Positions 51,446-64,000 of a stretch of DNA of 64,000 nt are shown in pieces. Source of the DNA: Vicugna vicugna (lineage: Eukaryota); NCBI GenBank assembly GCA_013265495.1, contig MU058065.1:622001-686000 (forward strand), read 5' to 3'. Under the pieces are notes generated by a model. That model was not told the origin of the DNA. It did no database searches and saw nothing but the letters and a program-made list of their open reading frames with translations. The first letter of the stretch is position 1; every line of letters begins with the position of its first letter. The position numbers and the translations under genes are program-made.

Positions 51446-51494
51446 TGCAACAACAACGAGGTGTAACATTTACAGAGATTATTCAAAGGAGAAA

Positions 51495-51680
51495 GGAGAG
51501 ACGTGATTTTTGGAATCCAATTACTTGAATTTAATTCTGATCCTATTACATGTTAGTTGCATGACTCTAGGCCAGTTGCTTAACGTCTGCAACCTACAGG
51601 GGCTGAGAATACCTATCTCATAATATCATGCAAAATTTAAATGCTGTAGTGTAAGTGATGCTCTTAATGTGACCTTACCC
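51495..51680 (+). mobile_element. MIR SINE
   Basis: TTTTGGAATCCAATTACTTGAATTTAATTCTGA...GTTGCATGACTCTAGGCCAGTTGCTTAAC. Confidence 0.65.
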
Positions 51681-54600
51681 AGAGAAATGTGGATTACATA
51701 TTAACTCTCATCATGTTCTGATATTTCCTTCTGTTTTATTTTTATTTTTTTATCCTGTGTTTCCATTGCCTTCATAACTTGAACTTGGTCTATTTGGTTG
51801 TTCCTGCAATTTAACTGGTAAACATATTGTGAAGGTAGGGAACCATAACTTTACAAATATGATCGTATCATTTAGAATAAGAGGGAAGATTTATTTTGAA
51901 GTTGGCATGACAGAGATGCATTTCCTCCCTAATTTAAATTTCTTTATTGCACATGAATCCAAATGGCTCTTATTGTCAAGGAACTACTACAAGCTGATAG
52001 GCTGGAATATGTATCAGGAAACAGACACGCCATAAATACGTTCAGTATTTTCAAAAATGACAATTTTAAATGTGAAACTTGTGGAAGACATGAAATGAAG
52101 GAAATATGAAGCTATTAAGACAGAATAAAGTGGGAAACATTTGGATTTAATTCCATCTTGGACTCATTCCACCGAAGTTCAGCATAATGCAAGGCCTGAG
52201 CAATGTGATCGCTCTCCTCTGCTCTTGTTCTTTCAGCCTTCTTTGTACTTTTGCACCGTAGAATTATGTTAACGCCACATATATTTTAAAAGATCATATC
52301 TCAGGCCAGTTAGTAACATTACTTATTCTTTTAGAGGCTTAACAAAAAGAAGAGAGGAAAACAAACTTAATTTTAGACTCAGATGCATCTGGAGGGGGTT
52401 TTTTAAACCTTCAAAACACGAGAGCATTAAAGGGTGCTGTGTTTGCAGGGTGCATTTTGATGAACACACTCTCAATGGGAAAACGCTTTGTAAAACACTT
52501 AAGAATGGGTCTTGCATTAAAAAAAAATCCTTTGACCTGGATTCAAAAATACGCCCACGAGGAAATGGGCAAAGCCAGTAAGGGGTGGCTTTGGGAATGA
52601 GAATCTGCTTGAGAGCTGTTACAGATAACATGCTGGTGACATGTTTCATTTTTAACTATTGGTTCTGCTATGAAAAAAGTTGAGAAAATGGACTTGACCA
52701 TGGATGGAGGAAGGTTACCTGTCTTTATCCATCAACTGATTCCCATAGGTTTGCATATGCAAAACAAGTATCACTTCAAATCTGAAACTAAATTTTTTGA
52801 GGGATTGCAGGGAGGTTAAAACCACAATGAGAAAGAAGATCTTGGAAGATGTGTGGACACTGTACTTCCTAAAATTCATTAATCTCTGAGTTTTATAAAT
52901 GTCTAGGAAAAGATTTCTTAACAAAAATTGTAATATTTTCCAAATAATCTCATTTTAGAATGTTTTAAAATATACATCATTTTTACCTGAAGAGCAACTG
53001 ATTATTTGCTTATTCTAAAAATTATCTAGAAATTATACCTAAGAAAAACTTAACTGTGGAGTCACTTCACAGCGTACAGCATATAGCATATAAGATGATA
53101 TCAGTTCATTATTAAATGAGATCTAACAAGTGGGAATAAGTTACATTTAATATTCTTGAAATTATCCAAGTAAGACCATTTATCTTTTCACCATGTTGGA
53201 ATGGTGACAAACTCCACAGCGATTTCATACCATTAGCAGTTAATGTCAAAAAGTAAACATTGATTAAAAAGGATGAATGTCAGTATAAAAAAGATTTCCA
53301 GAAATTTCTAGAAGTAATTAATTATCTGTTACATTCTAAGTGCTGATTTGCATTTGGGTGTGATGGATATGCTTGTGTGTGCCTGTGTGTGTGGGCGCAT
53401 GTGCACGCGTCAACTCTACATAAGATAAAAATGGTTAAATGCAAGTGTAAGATTTAAATGTTTAATTTGCTTTGCTTTGTCTGCTGTATATTTTTGTTTC
53501 TAGATTCATGAGCATAGACAACTGATGAGTTTTTGCTCTGCTCATAAATAATGCAGCATAAATATACTTTATTTTTTTCCAGTTTTATAAAAGGATTTTC
53601 CATGCATTTTGAAAGTGGACTTCAGGACAAAGATCTAATCTTAAAGACAAGCAGCTAGATGTGGCGATAACTGTAAGACATAATGTGTACTTAACTGTGC
53701 GTATTAAGCTATAATCTTATCACCCTATCTGACCATAAATCTACCCTGGATCCTCCTATGAACCTCCAAATTCCCATCCTTATTGCAAACTCTCATTTTA
53801 TATAAGAACGTGAATGAACTTAAACAATTTTTCTATAGAAGACCATATAGGAACAAAACATAAGAGATCATATAGAGATTTTTTTTAAACTTGGTTGATG
53901 TAATTAATATTACCTTATTTTATGTTGTTTTCTTATCTTCTGAATGAAGAAAAATTGACTCCCAATCAATAGAGTCTTTATGACTTTTTTAGTCAAATAC
54001 TTCTAAGAAAACATCAATTACCCAATCTTGATAATTGACACATCTGCTATTATCACAAACCCTTCTGTTGAAGGAGTAATACAGTCATAAGGTGACACTG
54101 AATCTATGAGTATTTGACCATCAGGAAAGCATAGTATTTTGCTATGTTTTTCTCCACCTGTTTGTCAACTATATCTGATTACCCTCCTGTAGCATTTGAT
54201 TCTGGTTTTGAAACCCTGTCCTTAACCATCTTCCTCTTCCAAGGACATATCATAAATTTTGAAATCGATGGCATAGCTTGTCTGGCACACATAAAATTGA
54301 TAGCCTTCCTTTTTCATATTAGCATAATCTGCCAATTTATTATGAAAAAGTGAACGACAAGCTTGCAATTAGAACTGGTCATGAGAAGTCACTTGAAAAC
54401 TTATTGATGGTGTGTGAGACATGCTTTTTAATTAAAATCTAGGACTGAGTTGTTAGCCAAACACCCTTTTCTCCTTACTCATCACATTTATTGAGTCATG
54501 TATTTGCTTATTTATATTATTGCAACAATGATGAGTCAGGGTAGGGTACAGAAGGCATGTCCTGGGGGAGGACACAGAATAGCATGATCTGTTTTTTCAG

Positions 54601-57279
54601 GGTGAGCAAAAGTGCCTTGCCTGGAAAAATACTGTAAAAAGACATGAACATTAAAAATGATTACTTGGATGAGACAAATTTTTACCGAGATTACTAGTCA
54701 TTTTATTCCTCTCCACTAATGCCAACTCAATTGTTTTAAGCAGGATCAGTTCTCCCTCTTTCACCCGCTTTCTTTCACAAAGTGAGAACTTAAGCAAGAG
54801 ATTCTCAGCCCCGATTGCACAATATCCTTGGGGTTATTGTGATCTCAGAGGATGTTGTGAAATTCTCAAGGCGAAATTCATCGCAAAGTGACTTCGTTTT
54901 TTTTCAAGGGAAATATGTACCATAAAGCAGCCCTAAGAGGAGGTTTGGTGGATGAAGAGAGAGGCTAGGAATCCAGCAAACGATTACAGGGTGTCAGAAC
55001 TGCAGGACTCGGGTGGCTGGCAGCAACTTCTGCTTCCATCCCACAGACATCTGCGGGTGAGGGCACGAGATGAAAAGCCATGCATCTTCCCTGTAATTTA
55101 TATTGCCACAACATTCCACCGTGGCCGCACCATTCAGCCCCAGAGAGCTCACACGTACTTTTGTCTGTTCAGAAGAGATTCCAAAAGACTTAAATATGTG
55201 CTCTTCTTCCCGTGAAAGAGAGGTCTTGCTGCGAGTTAAGGTCTTTTTTATTTTGTTTTGTTTTGTTTGATTTGGCCTGTTTGTTTCAAAATACAATATC
55301 TAACTTCCAGGTACCTCCTTTTACTTTCAGACTTGACAGACCTTGGTTTAAATCTCTTTTCCAGTAACATAAATTGGACATGTTAAGAAATGCTTTTCTT
55401 ACATGTAAAATGGTCGAGCATCTACCTCCTAGGACTGGTGTGAGAAAAGCATTTTAAATACTGTGATAAAATGCTGTCTGGATAGAAAAACTCCAAGAAG
55501 GTCAGTCCCTAATGGTTTGCTAATTAGAAGATCTCAATTAGAGCTGCCATTTCCACTGCCTTTGCCACCCGAAGTCTACTTATCTTCTCTCTGTTTTTAC
55601 GACAAGTTCTAGGTCATTCACAGATAAAGTCCATCTTTCATTTAGCAGCCCTAACCACACATTTCATCAGGTTGTTTTGTTTTCATAGAAGGCAAAACCT
55701 GGAAAATGCCCTTTAGGGTCAACTAGTTCAACCTCCCCATTTTTATGTCTGAAAGGAAAAAAGATTCAATCAAATTTCACAGTTTTCTAATTTAATTTTT
55801 CAGGAACAATTAGTGAAACAGGTGAGACTAAATTCCTTTTCTTAGACCAGACCTAGTCTTAGGCTTTTGCTATGTCACTCATCACTTCTTTGTATAATCA
55901 TGTTTTTATTTCAAAGACCTATCAGAGTACTTATGAATAAGCGAGTGTAGGACTTTGTGAAAACGTTGAAATCCTTGTTTAATTACAGTGACTAAATTTG
56001 AAATTTGCCTTCTTGCAGTCAGTTACTGTGAAGAGTTGGTTTTGTACAGCAATAGCACAAAATGTGTTTGGACACCACCATCAGTGAGCTGTAAATTTAC
56101 AGCTTTAAGATGGAAACTAAGCAGACAAAGCAAATTGAGTCACAAACAAGACAAAAGGTAGATTCAGTTGTAAATAAGACAAACAAACAAACAAACAATA
56201 AACAACTAAGGTTTTTGGTTTTACCCTTGATACCATCTCTGGCTTGTTTTGGGGAGTGATTGTCCCTTGGAAAGAATCCAAAATGATGTTTTTTAAACAG
56301 AGGACAATGTATTCAACCTCTAGGTGTGATCAGCTAAACATGTATCATTTGCTTGGAGATATTTTATGGAATGATAAAGAGCAGATCAGCACTATTTAAT
56401 GAGGTAACACTGTTGCTCAGGTGGCCACTATCGTTGGCACAGCAATCTTTATCAAACCCTTCTGTGTCTTTGTGTCCTGGGTCTTAGATAGAAGAACAAC
56501 TTTCTTATGCTTTTCAGGAACAAATCTTTATGTGGCATCGTACTTATTATTGCCATCAGTTCAATATGCCCTGCAATAATCCAGTAAAAATAAATCAGTA
56601 GACAAGGCTCAATTCAGGAAGAATAGATAAGATGTGCTCACGCAAGTCAATTCCATTCTTTCTGAAATTTTGTTACTTAAATTCTTCAGGCAGAGTGAAT
56701 TCCTAGCCTTCTCCTAAGATTCCCTGGGTAGCTTTGCATCATTTCCAACAATCACCCAGCCCTTCTGCTCATTCTCCTTCATTTTCTAAGTTCATAGATC
56801 AGAGCATGTGTCTTATGAATTGTGGTTTATGCACCGTGGTTTACAACTAAGGATGTAATGATTTTTGACTTGGTTTTTTCCATTTGCACAACATCAAAAA
56901 AGAGAGTGGTTCTCTCTTCAGTTTCTTATTGAAAAAAAATCTTCTATGCAATTTTTAAATTCTGAACCTTAAAAGTCCTGATAGTTTGCTTAAGTATATT
57001 TTACAGACTGAACTTCAGTGACTTCAAACTTAGTCTCTAGTTTTGCAATAAACTGACATCAGTAAAAATGTCAGCAAGTGTTGTGGACTATTGCTAAAAT
57101 CATTGGGCTCAGTGTTTGTTTAGACGGGAACCCAGGAGATGAGATGTCTTTTGAAAGATCCGTCCTTATATAATACATCTTGTAATATTGCTTTTCTTAT
57201 GCCCTTGTTAATTTTGCCTTGTGAATTTCAGCCTTCCCTACCTGATATCAACAAACACTCTTTCTTGACTGTAAGACTG

Positions 57280-57475
57280 TGAGGCATGGCGGGAACATGG
57301 ACTTTGGCATCAATATGACCTGGATTTGATCGTAAGCTTTGCTCAAACTATTTCTGACTTTGGGTAAATTGTTTAATCTCTTTGAATTTCAATGACTTAA
57401 TCTGTGGGTGAAGATTTGATTCTTATATTTTAGGTTTGCTGCAATGTCAGATGAAATATTATTTGTGCAGCACCA
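57280..57475 (+). mobile_element. MIR SINE
   Basis: GAACATGGACTTTGGCATCA...GACCTGGATTTGA...TGACTTTGGGTAAATTGTTTAATCTCTTTGA. Confidence 0.7.
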
Positions 57476-57744
57476 AGGGACAGGCAGTGGCAGCACCAGC
57501 CCTGTTATACAATTAAAGAATCTATCGCTCTAAGATGTCTGAACTTGAGTAATTCTTTTTATCACTTTTGGCCTCAAAACTTTCATTCAGTTTTTTATTA
57601 AATCATAATTTATAGAATGAGTCAATATGCAACCATAGTTATAGAAGAGGAGTACATGGGCAGTAATTTAGGCAGATGTTCCCTCTTTCTATTACTAGTA
57701 GACAAAGATTTTTAAAATTTATTTATTTTATAAATAGGGATATA

Positions 57745-57950
57745 ATATGCCAAACACTCTTCTAAGCACTTTACAGATACTAACACATCTAAATCTCATG
57801 ATAAGTGTGTGAGTGGGGAGTGATTCTTATTTTACACATGAAGAATTGACCAGAGGACTTCAGCGATGTGTCCAAGGCTGCACTGCTAGTGGTGGAAGAA
57901 GGAAATAAGCCCACGTAGACTGGCTTCCGAGTCCTTGCTGTTAATCACTG
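57745..57950 (-). mobile_element. MIR SINE
   Basis: TATGCCAAACACTCTTCTAAGCACTTTACA...ATTTTACACATGAAGAATTGA...TGTCCAAGGCTGCAC. Confidence 0.75.
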
Positions 57951-58624
57951 TTACAACCATGCTGTTTCTCAATTAAGAAAAACATTTAAAAAGAAGGAAT
58001 TGGATCTGATTAACTCAAATTGTATAAAGTGATATGAAGGAGATGCATTGGGTACTATAAAACGAGAACACCAAAATCATGAACAAATAACTTTTTAAGA
58101 CTCTGTTCTCTGTGGAGTCCACAATTCCTTGAGGCTCCTTAATTGAGTGCCTCTCACCACCAATGATTCATTATGAATTAGGAATTGAACAACTTCTGTT
58201 CTGACAACTTACCAACTAGATCTTCTACAAAGAAAAAAATCAATAAATGGCCTCAGTAATAATTTTAAAGTATTAGAGTGGAAATGATACATTAATTTAG
58301 AAAAACATAGTCCAGTTCATTGCCATTCTTCAAACTCGAAAATCTCGTTTATAAAAGCGTTCTCTTTGTAACTGAGTGCTACAACACCTTTAAGCAGCTA
58401 CCAGAAAAAGTTAATCAGGCATGCTGTGAGTGTTGCTAACATGTTTAGTTGTGAAGCCCTGCCCTAGCCTGATGGAACCAGTGCCAAGGAAGAAATATCA
58501 CTCTAGGTCAAATCACAAAAATAATAGCCAAGGCTGTGAGTTTTCATTATCTTGTGTGTCTAAACAGTTATTTCATTATTGATATGCTATAAGTGGTTTT
58601 TAGAAGAAAAGAAAATTGATCTTT

Positions 58625-58750
58625 ACAAAAAGTAAACTCCTTGGCAACAAGAACTTGTCTATTTGATTCACTGCCTTACGTACTATGCCTAAAGCAGTAC
58701 CAGGCACATAGTAGGTGCTCACGAAATATAAGTGCAATGTTGAATTTTGA
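58625..58750 (+). mobile_element. L2 3' end
   Basis: TAAACTCCTTGGCAACAAGAACTTGTC...CAGTACCAGGCACATAGTAGGTGCTCA. Confidence 0.8.
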
Positions 58751-59741
58751 AGAGATATCTTTTTCATTATATCAATACTAGTCAACTGAGCAAGTCTGAA
58801 TGGAGTGCAGCATGATGTGGTCAAACATTAGCCACCACATTAAGATTCTAATCTAAGCTCTGCCACCAGCTTGGTTTATGATATGGAGTAAACCACTTCA
58901 TCTCCATGTTTCTCTCCTTCTTCATGTAATACCCATTTTACCTCCCAAAGTGCAGAGGAAGACATCCTTTTCATGCCTTGTTCTCAGTTTTAGCTCGCCA
59001 GAGGCTTATAACTTTATTTTTGACGTCAGTTAATATCTTTGTCTTGCAGTAGTGGGAAGAGAAACCCAGTGAAGCACAAGCAAAACCAAATGTGCCAGAA
59101 GAATGCATGTATATTCCTTCTGGAAAGAGTACTTGAAGATTTCACAAGGTGAGCAAAAAGCCCCAGCTGGTTAACTCGGCCCCTGATTAGAACATTGACT
59201 CACCACATGACTAAACACATATCAGATACTTGTTTTGGGCTGACCCTGGTTGACTCGTAATCTATGGTTTAAGACGAAGATCTGCTACCTTTGATCTTCT
59301 CCATGCAAGAATTTCAGAGAAAATAATACCCCATGTGCCAGCAGAACCAACTTGACTGCCACAGAGGATGTACCCAACACCCACAATTCTGACTCATTAG
59401 AGAAGAAGTTACAACAATAACAATGGGGCCTAAAATAGCACTTTCAAATTTGCACCGACGGCTGCAGAAGCCAACAGAAGTTATACTCAGCTGCATAGCT
59501 TTGAAGAAATAATCATCTGAAAGCATAATAGAAACTTAAATATAATCTACCTTCCCATAACAGACACAGAAAATGAAATGTCAAGGAGAAATCACTTCTT
59601 TTCCCATTTTATAACCTTTTCCACGTCTGATTTTTATACTGTTGCAGACTGGAGTCTTTAGAAGCAGAAGCTGAGCAGAATTTGGTGTGAAGAGTATTTA
59701 CAAGTATCAATACCTGAGGAAGGGAGGATCCAGCAGGATAG

Positions 59742-60551
59742 TTTTAAAATGGGCAAAAGATCTGCCTAGTCATTTTTCCACGAAGATGTACAAATGGGCA
59801 ACATGTACATGAAAAGGTGCTCAATGTCAGGGAAATGCAAATGAAAACCACCTTACATCTGTTAGGATGGTTACTTTCAAAAGACAAGAGATAAGTTTTG
59901 ATAAAGATGTGAAGATAAGGGAACCTTTGTGTACTGTTGGTGTAAATGTAAATTTGTTCAGCCACTATGGAAAACAGTATGAAGATTTTTCAAAATATTA
60001 AAAGCAGAACTATTGTATGATGCATCAGCTCCATGTCTGGTGATATATCCAGAGAAATGAAATCACTATTTCAAAAAGATATCTGTAGTCCTATGTTCAT
60101 TGCAGAGTTATTTACAATAGTCAAGATACGGAAACAGCCTGTCTGTCAATGAATGAATAGACAATAAAATGTCACACACACACACACACACAGGAATGTT
60201 ATGTAGCCGTAATAAGGAAATCTTACCATTTTAGACCACATGAATGAATTTCGATATTATGCCAAGTGAGATAAGCCAGAAACAGAAAGACAAATATTTC
60301 ATGATCTTTACTTACATGTACTATCCAAAAAAGTATAACTCACAGAAGCAGAGTATAGAATGGTGGTTGGGTGGTTGCTGGTAGCTGGGGGGTAGTGAAA
60401 ATGGGGAGCTAGATGTTGACTAAAGGGTACAACCTTTCACTTACAAGATGAAAAAGTTCTGGGGGTCTAATGTATAGTATGGTGACTATAGTAAATAATG
60501 CTATAGTGTATACTTGAAATTTGCAAGGGTGCTAGATCTTATATCTTCTCA

Positions 60552-60589
<38 letters not shown>

Positions 60590-60725
60590 TAACTATGTGA
60601 GGTGATGAAAGTGCTCATTAATTTGTTTGTAGTAGTCATTTCACAATGTATATACACATATCAAATCATCACTTTAGATACACAGAATTTTTATTTGTCA
60701 ATTATCCCTCAATAAACCTGAGAAT
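59742..60725 (+). mobile_element. L1MA-like ORF2 end and 3' UTR with (CA)n
   Basis: AAAATGGGCAAAAGATCTG...CAGCCACTATGGAAAACAGTATG...GTCAATTATCCCTCAATAAA; (CA)n at ~60553-60584. Confidence 0.92.
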
Positions 60726-61800
60726 TTTTTCCCTGAATCCAAGAGAAGAAAGTATGAAAATAAAAGCAAGAATTATAAAAATAAAAATCTGACACACAAT
60801 AAAGGAAATCACCAAAGTCACATGTCAGTTCTTCGAAAATATTATTAAAGCTGATATATATTCCTTAGAAAGATTTAAAGAAAAAAACAGAGAGGGACCT
60901 CAAATTCACAAAAGAGTGACAGAAATAAAAATGAAAACATTGCCTCAGAATCTACAGGCACTTAAAGGAAAATCTGTTTTATTACCAGCTAAAATGGATA
61001 AAGGCCACCATCTCTCACTGGACACAACTTGAGGACGCTGAAAAGTAAACAATAGAAGGCAGATTGAGGGGAGAAGCTGAAGCTCAGAGGATGACTGAAA
61101 ACTCAGTGATGAGTCTTGTACTTATTTCCCCCACCTTTGCTCCCCATCTTTGACCAGAGCCAGCTGATAGCCCAACAGCAGTGGAGCGTTATTTTTGAGA
61201 AGAGCTTAAGTTTTGGCCAGGGAACTAAGAAAAACAGAACTTCAAGACGGTGAGAGGGGTCTGTCCTGCGTAGCTGTAGTTGTTCATTTTCATTTTATGA
61301 GTAGGTCACAGTTAATGTGCCCGTTTCAACAAAGGCTGGCATTTGGGTTGATCTGGCTTGGAGTTTTTGCAATAATGGCACCATACCTATTTGGATGTCT
61401 CTCTTGGGACACAAGTGTGCTAATTTCTCTAAGGCAATATTGCTGAGCCCTGAAATTTACTAGAATCTAGGGAGTTTCTGGACCTTATTAATCAAGAATT
61501 ATATTTATGTCTTGGTTTTTATTTTGACTTTGCTTATAGGACAAACTTTGGATCTCATATGTTCACTGACCAAGTTACCTGTTCTCTTTTTAGATATATT
61601 TTACTTAAAGTATAGTAAATTATTTTTGTCAGAATAGCAGGCATGCTTACCTAACGAACAGTACAGGAGGCTGCACCCTAACACTTTTAATTTGGAAATG
61701 CTCACAATATACTTCTGTCAGTACTAACGAAACACATGAGAACCTTATTTTTCTTTTCAAAATGACTGTGTATGTGGGTGTGTGTGGGTGTGTAATAGGG

Positions 61801-61843
61801 AGAGCCAGAGCCAGAGCCAGAGACAGAGCCAGAGACAGAGAGA
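61801..61843. repeat. (AGAGCC/AGAGAC)n hexamer repeat
   Basis: AGAGCCAGAGCCAGAGCCAGAGACAGAGCCAGAGACAGAGAGA read directly. Confidence 0.85.
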
Positions 61844-63129
61844 GTTACTTTGCAATAAAATTTTTTAAAAATCTAGTTTAGTTCAAAATCGTGAAATAAC
61901 TCTTCATACCAAATGTTGACACTACTTTGCCTGCCCATCAAATGACTTTTTATCCACTGGGTGGTGTTGTTATAGAGTTTAACCTCAGAATATAATGGAA
62001 ATTAACTCTCCTTTACTTGTTTTTATGGTGTTAAATTGAAATCAGTCATCACTCTTTCACATATTTCCTAAAATTTTTAGAATAACTCTAGTATTTTTTA
62101 TGTTTTTTTTTTCAGCCTTCAAATGGCATGGTTCATGTTCTGGGATATCTTGTGATCATTTTTAAAGTTAGTGACACCAAATTTTGGAAGTAAATAGAAA
62201 GTACCATTTGTACAGAATTATATTTGAGATAAAACAAAAAGCATGCACATAGTTTTCAATGCCTGAGGATAGAAGACTATATAGTGTAAATTCTTGTTTA
62301 GATATGGACAAACTGCATGCTTCATGCACCACTTTTCATGAGATGCATTAGAGCATCTTACATCAAGTATAAATCTATTTTCAGTGTTGTGCTGGCACTA
62401 TAGATTTATGATTAAATTGTAAGATATACACACAGGTCTGGATACTTCCCAAATTTTTGTGTTTTACTCTAGGTATGTAAAGTTACTGTTGGGGATTTTC
62501 CCTTGAAAACATTAAACTGATAGGAGGTTTCAGCTCTGTTTCTCCCTCAAAATCTGCCATTTCACTTTAAATACTCAAAGACAGATTACCTCTTTGTAAC
62601 TCAGAAGCAGCTTAAAGTCTGGCTCATGTTTTACTGAAATAAACAACATACCAACTTTTATTGTATATTATGAAACTCAGGAATGAATGTTTTTCGCCCT
62701 GTAGCATTTCTTTCTCACCCACTCATGTTCTCTTCAACATCCTCCCTCAACTCTCCAAATTGTAGATGGCACCAGATCAATGGAAATACCACTGTTTGTA
62801 TAGCAACACTCCCCCAGGCATAATCAGCATTCAGTTACTAATTCACATAAAATAACAGGTCCAGGGAAAAACTGAGACCAGGCTGCCACAAGGCAGTAAT
62901 AAAGGCAGAGTCATCCGAGAGTTATGAGAAGGGGCAGAGGGTGTGAAATTGATGGAGAAGAAGCAAAACACACATTGAAATCTGATGGTGACTTTTTTTT
63001 AAAGAACTTATCTACTTTGCTTATGATTCAACAGGCCATGATCGATTTGGCCTCTCCTAACTCTTCGGCTTTGTCTCTGCCTCACTCACGTTGACCTGCT
63101 ATCAGAAGTTTCTCAGAAGTAGCCGAGCT

Positions 63130-63370
63130 CTCCCTGCATCTGGACCTTTGCATATGCTATTCATCATACATGAACTCTCTCCTCACCACTCTTCACATGA
63201 GGGCTTGTTCCTACCTTCCTAACTTCAGTTTACTTCTTCAAGGCATCACGTCTCACTACCCAATCTAAGGGAGTGCTCACCAATATTATGGCTCACAGTA
63301 CCTTTTCCTTTTCTTTTATAGAACTTACCACATTTTGAGATCATGTTTTAATTTGTTTGTTTATCTTCAG
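63130..63370 (+). mobile_element. L2 fragment
   Basis: GGACCTTTGCATATGCTATTC...ATAGAACTTACCACATTTTGAGATCATGTTTTAATTTGTTTGTTT. Confidence 0.6.
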
Positions 63371-63705
63371 AGTAAACAAAACCACCAGCATCACTGTATC
63401 TACCACCTATATTTGACTCTACCTTCCATGACCACTTAGCGATATGTTCTATTTGGTTATTGATTGTTTCAATAATTCATAGACAGAAAAGATTTAAAAG
63501 AAAGACATTCACTCACAAGTTTGCCATTCAGCCATAATGAAACATTTTCCAACAAGGTTAAGGAGAAAGAAAGTTAGAGATAATCTCAATGCTATCAGTA
63601 GAAAAATATATAAAACAATTCATGTAAATTGTGTATTCATGTAAAGTACAACAATTGCAATTGGGTATATAATGTGCTATTGCCATATATATCTATTACC
63701 CCCTA

Positions 63706-64000
63706 AAGGGGACAGGTGAAGACCCCAGTTCTTGTCTTACTCGAAGGAGAAGAATTCAAATGGGAGACAGAAGTATTGTGTCACGAAAAATTTTAAAGGC
63801 TTTATTTAGCAAAGGGAAAGTAGACCTCCAAGAATGGGAGGCGGGCTGATGCAAGGGTGGACAGTAGCACCGGCCTTTGTTTGGTCCCCTGTCTGATACC
63901 CTTGTTTGATTGATTGGCTGACCTTTCCCCTGGAGTGCTTAGTTATGCTCATCCCCTTTTGTGCATGTCCTTACCCATGAGGGACACAGAAAAACCCATT
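63706..64000 (-). mobile_element. ERV LTR 3' portion (antisense), runs off the window
   Basis: AGTTCTTGTCTTACTCGAAGGAGAAGAATTCAAATGGGAGAC...GCTTTATT (antisense AATAAA) is a typical LTR R/U5 layout. Confidence 0.6.

Noticed and set aside
53505..53546. Hairpin containing CTGATGAG (hammerhead ribozyme or pre-miRNA candidate)
   Set aside because: No stem II followed by GAAA, and the stem is too short and bulged for a pre-miRNA.
1..64000. CRISPR arrays, operons or other prokaryotic systems
   Set aside because: The sequence is mammalian, with no repeat-spacer array and no dense intact coding regions.

Overview
AT-rich, CpG-poor mammalian genomic DNA, most likely from a camelid: it has two tRNA-derived SINEs resembling the camelid Vic-1 family and artiodactyl-type L1 3' UTRs, and I saw no Alu, Bov-A, PRE-1 or CanSINE. 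I recognise no intact protein-coding exon, rRNA or functional tRNA. The ORF track is explained by broken L1 frames, low-complexity DNA or chance ORFs, so the window reads as intergenic or deep intronic. Much of it is repeat-derived (L1, L2, MIR, MLT/ERVL LTRs, MER20/MER58/MER5/Charlie MITEs, microsatellites). Frameshift-tolerant translation by eye of the apparently unique DNA shows three long fossils. One is a Ty3/gypsy-like internal region on the minus strand (~2.8-13 kb), with zinc knuckle, protease, RT, RNase H and integrase motifs in correct order, split by L1/L2 insertions. The other two are near full-length hAT Charlie/Buster-type transposase relics facing each other (~20.5-22.6 kb +, ~31.6-33.4 kb -). 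Structural oddities include two L1 halves in permuted order, a ~0.5 kb micro-inversion with an inverted breakpoint duplication, and a short L1 3' transduction. All family names come from recalled consensus motifs rather than database searches, and most boundaries are approximate.
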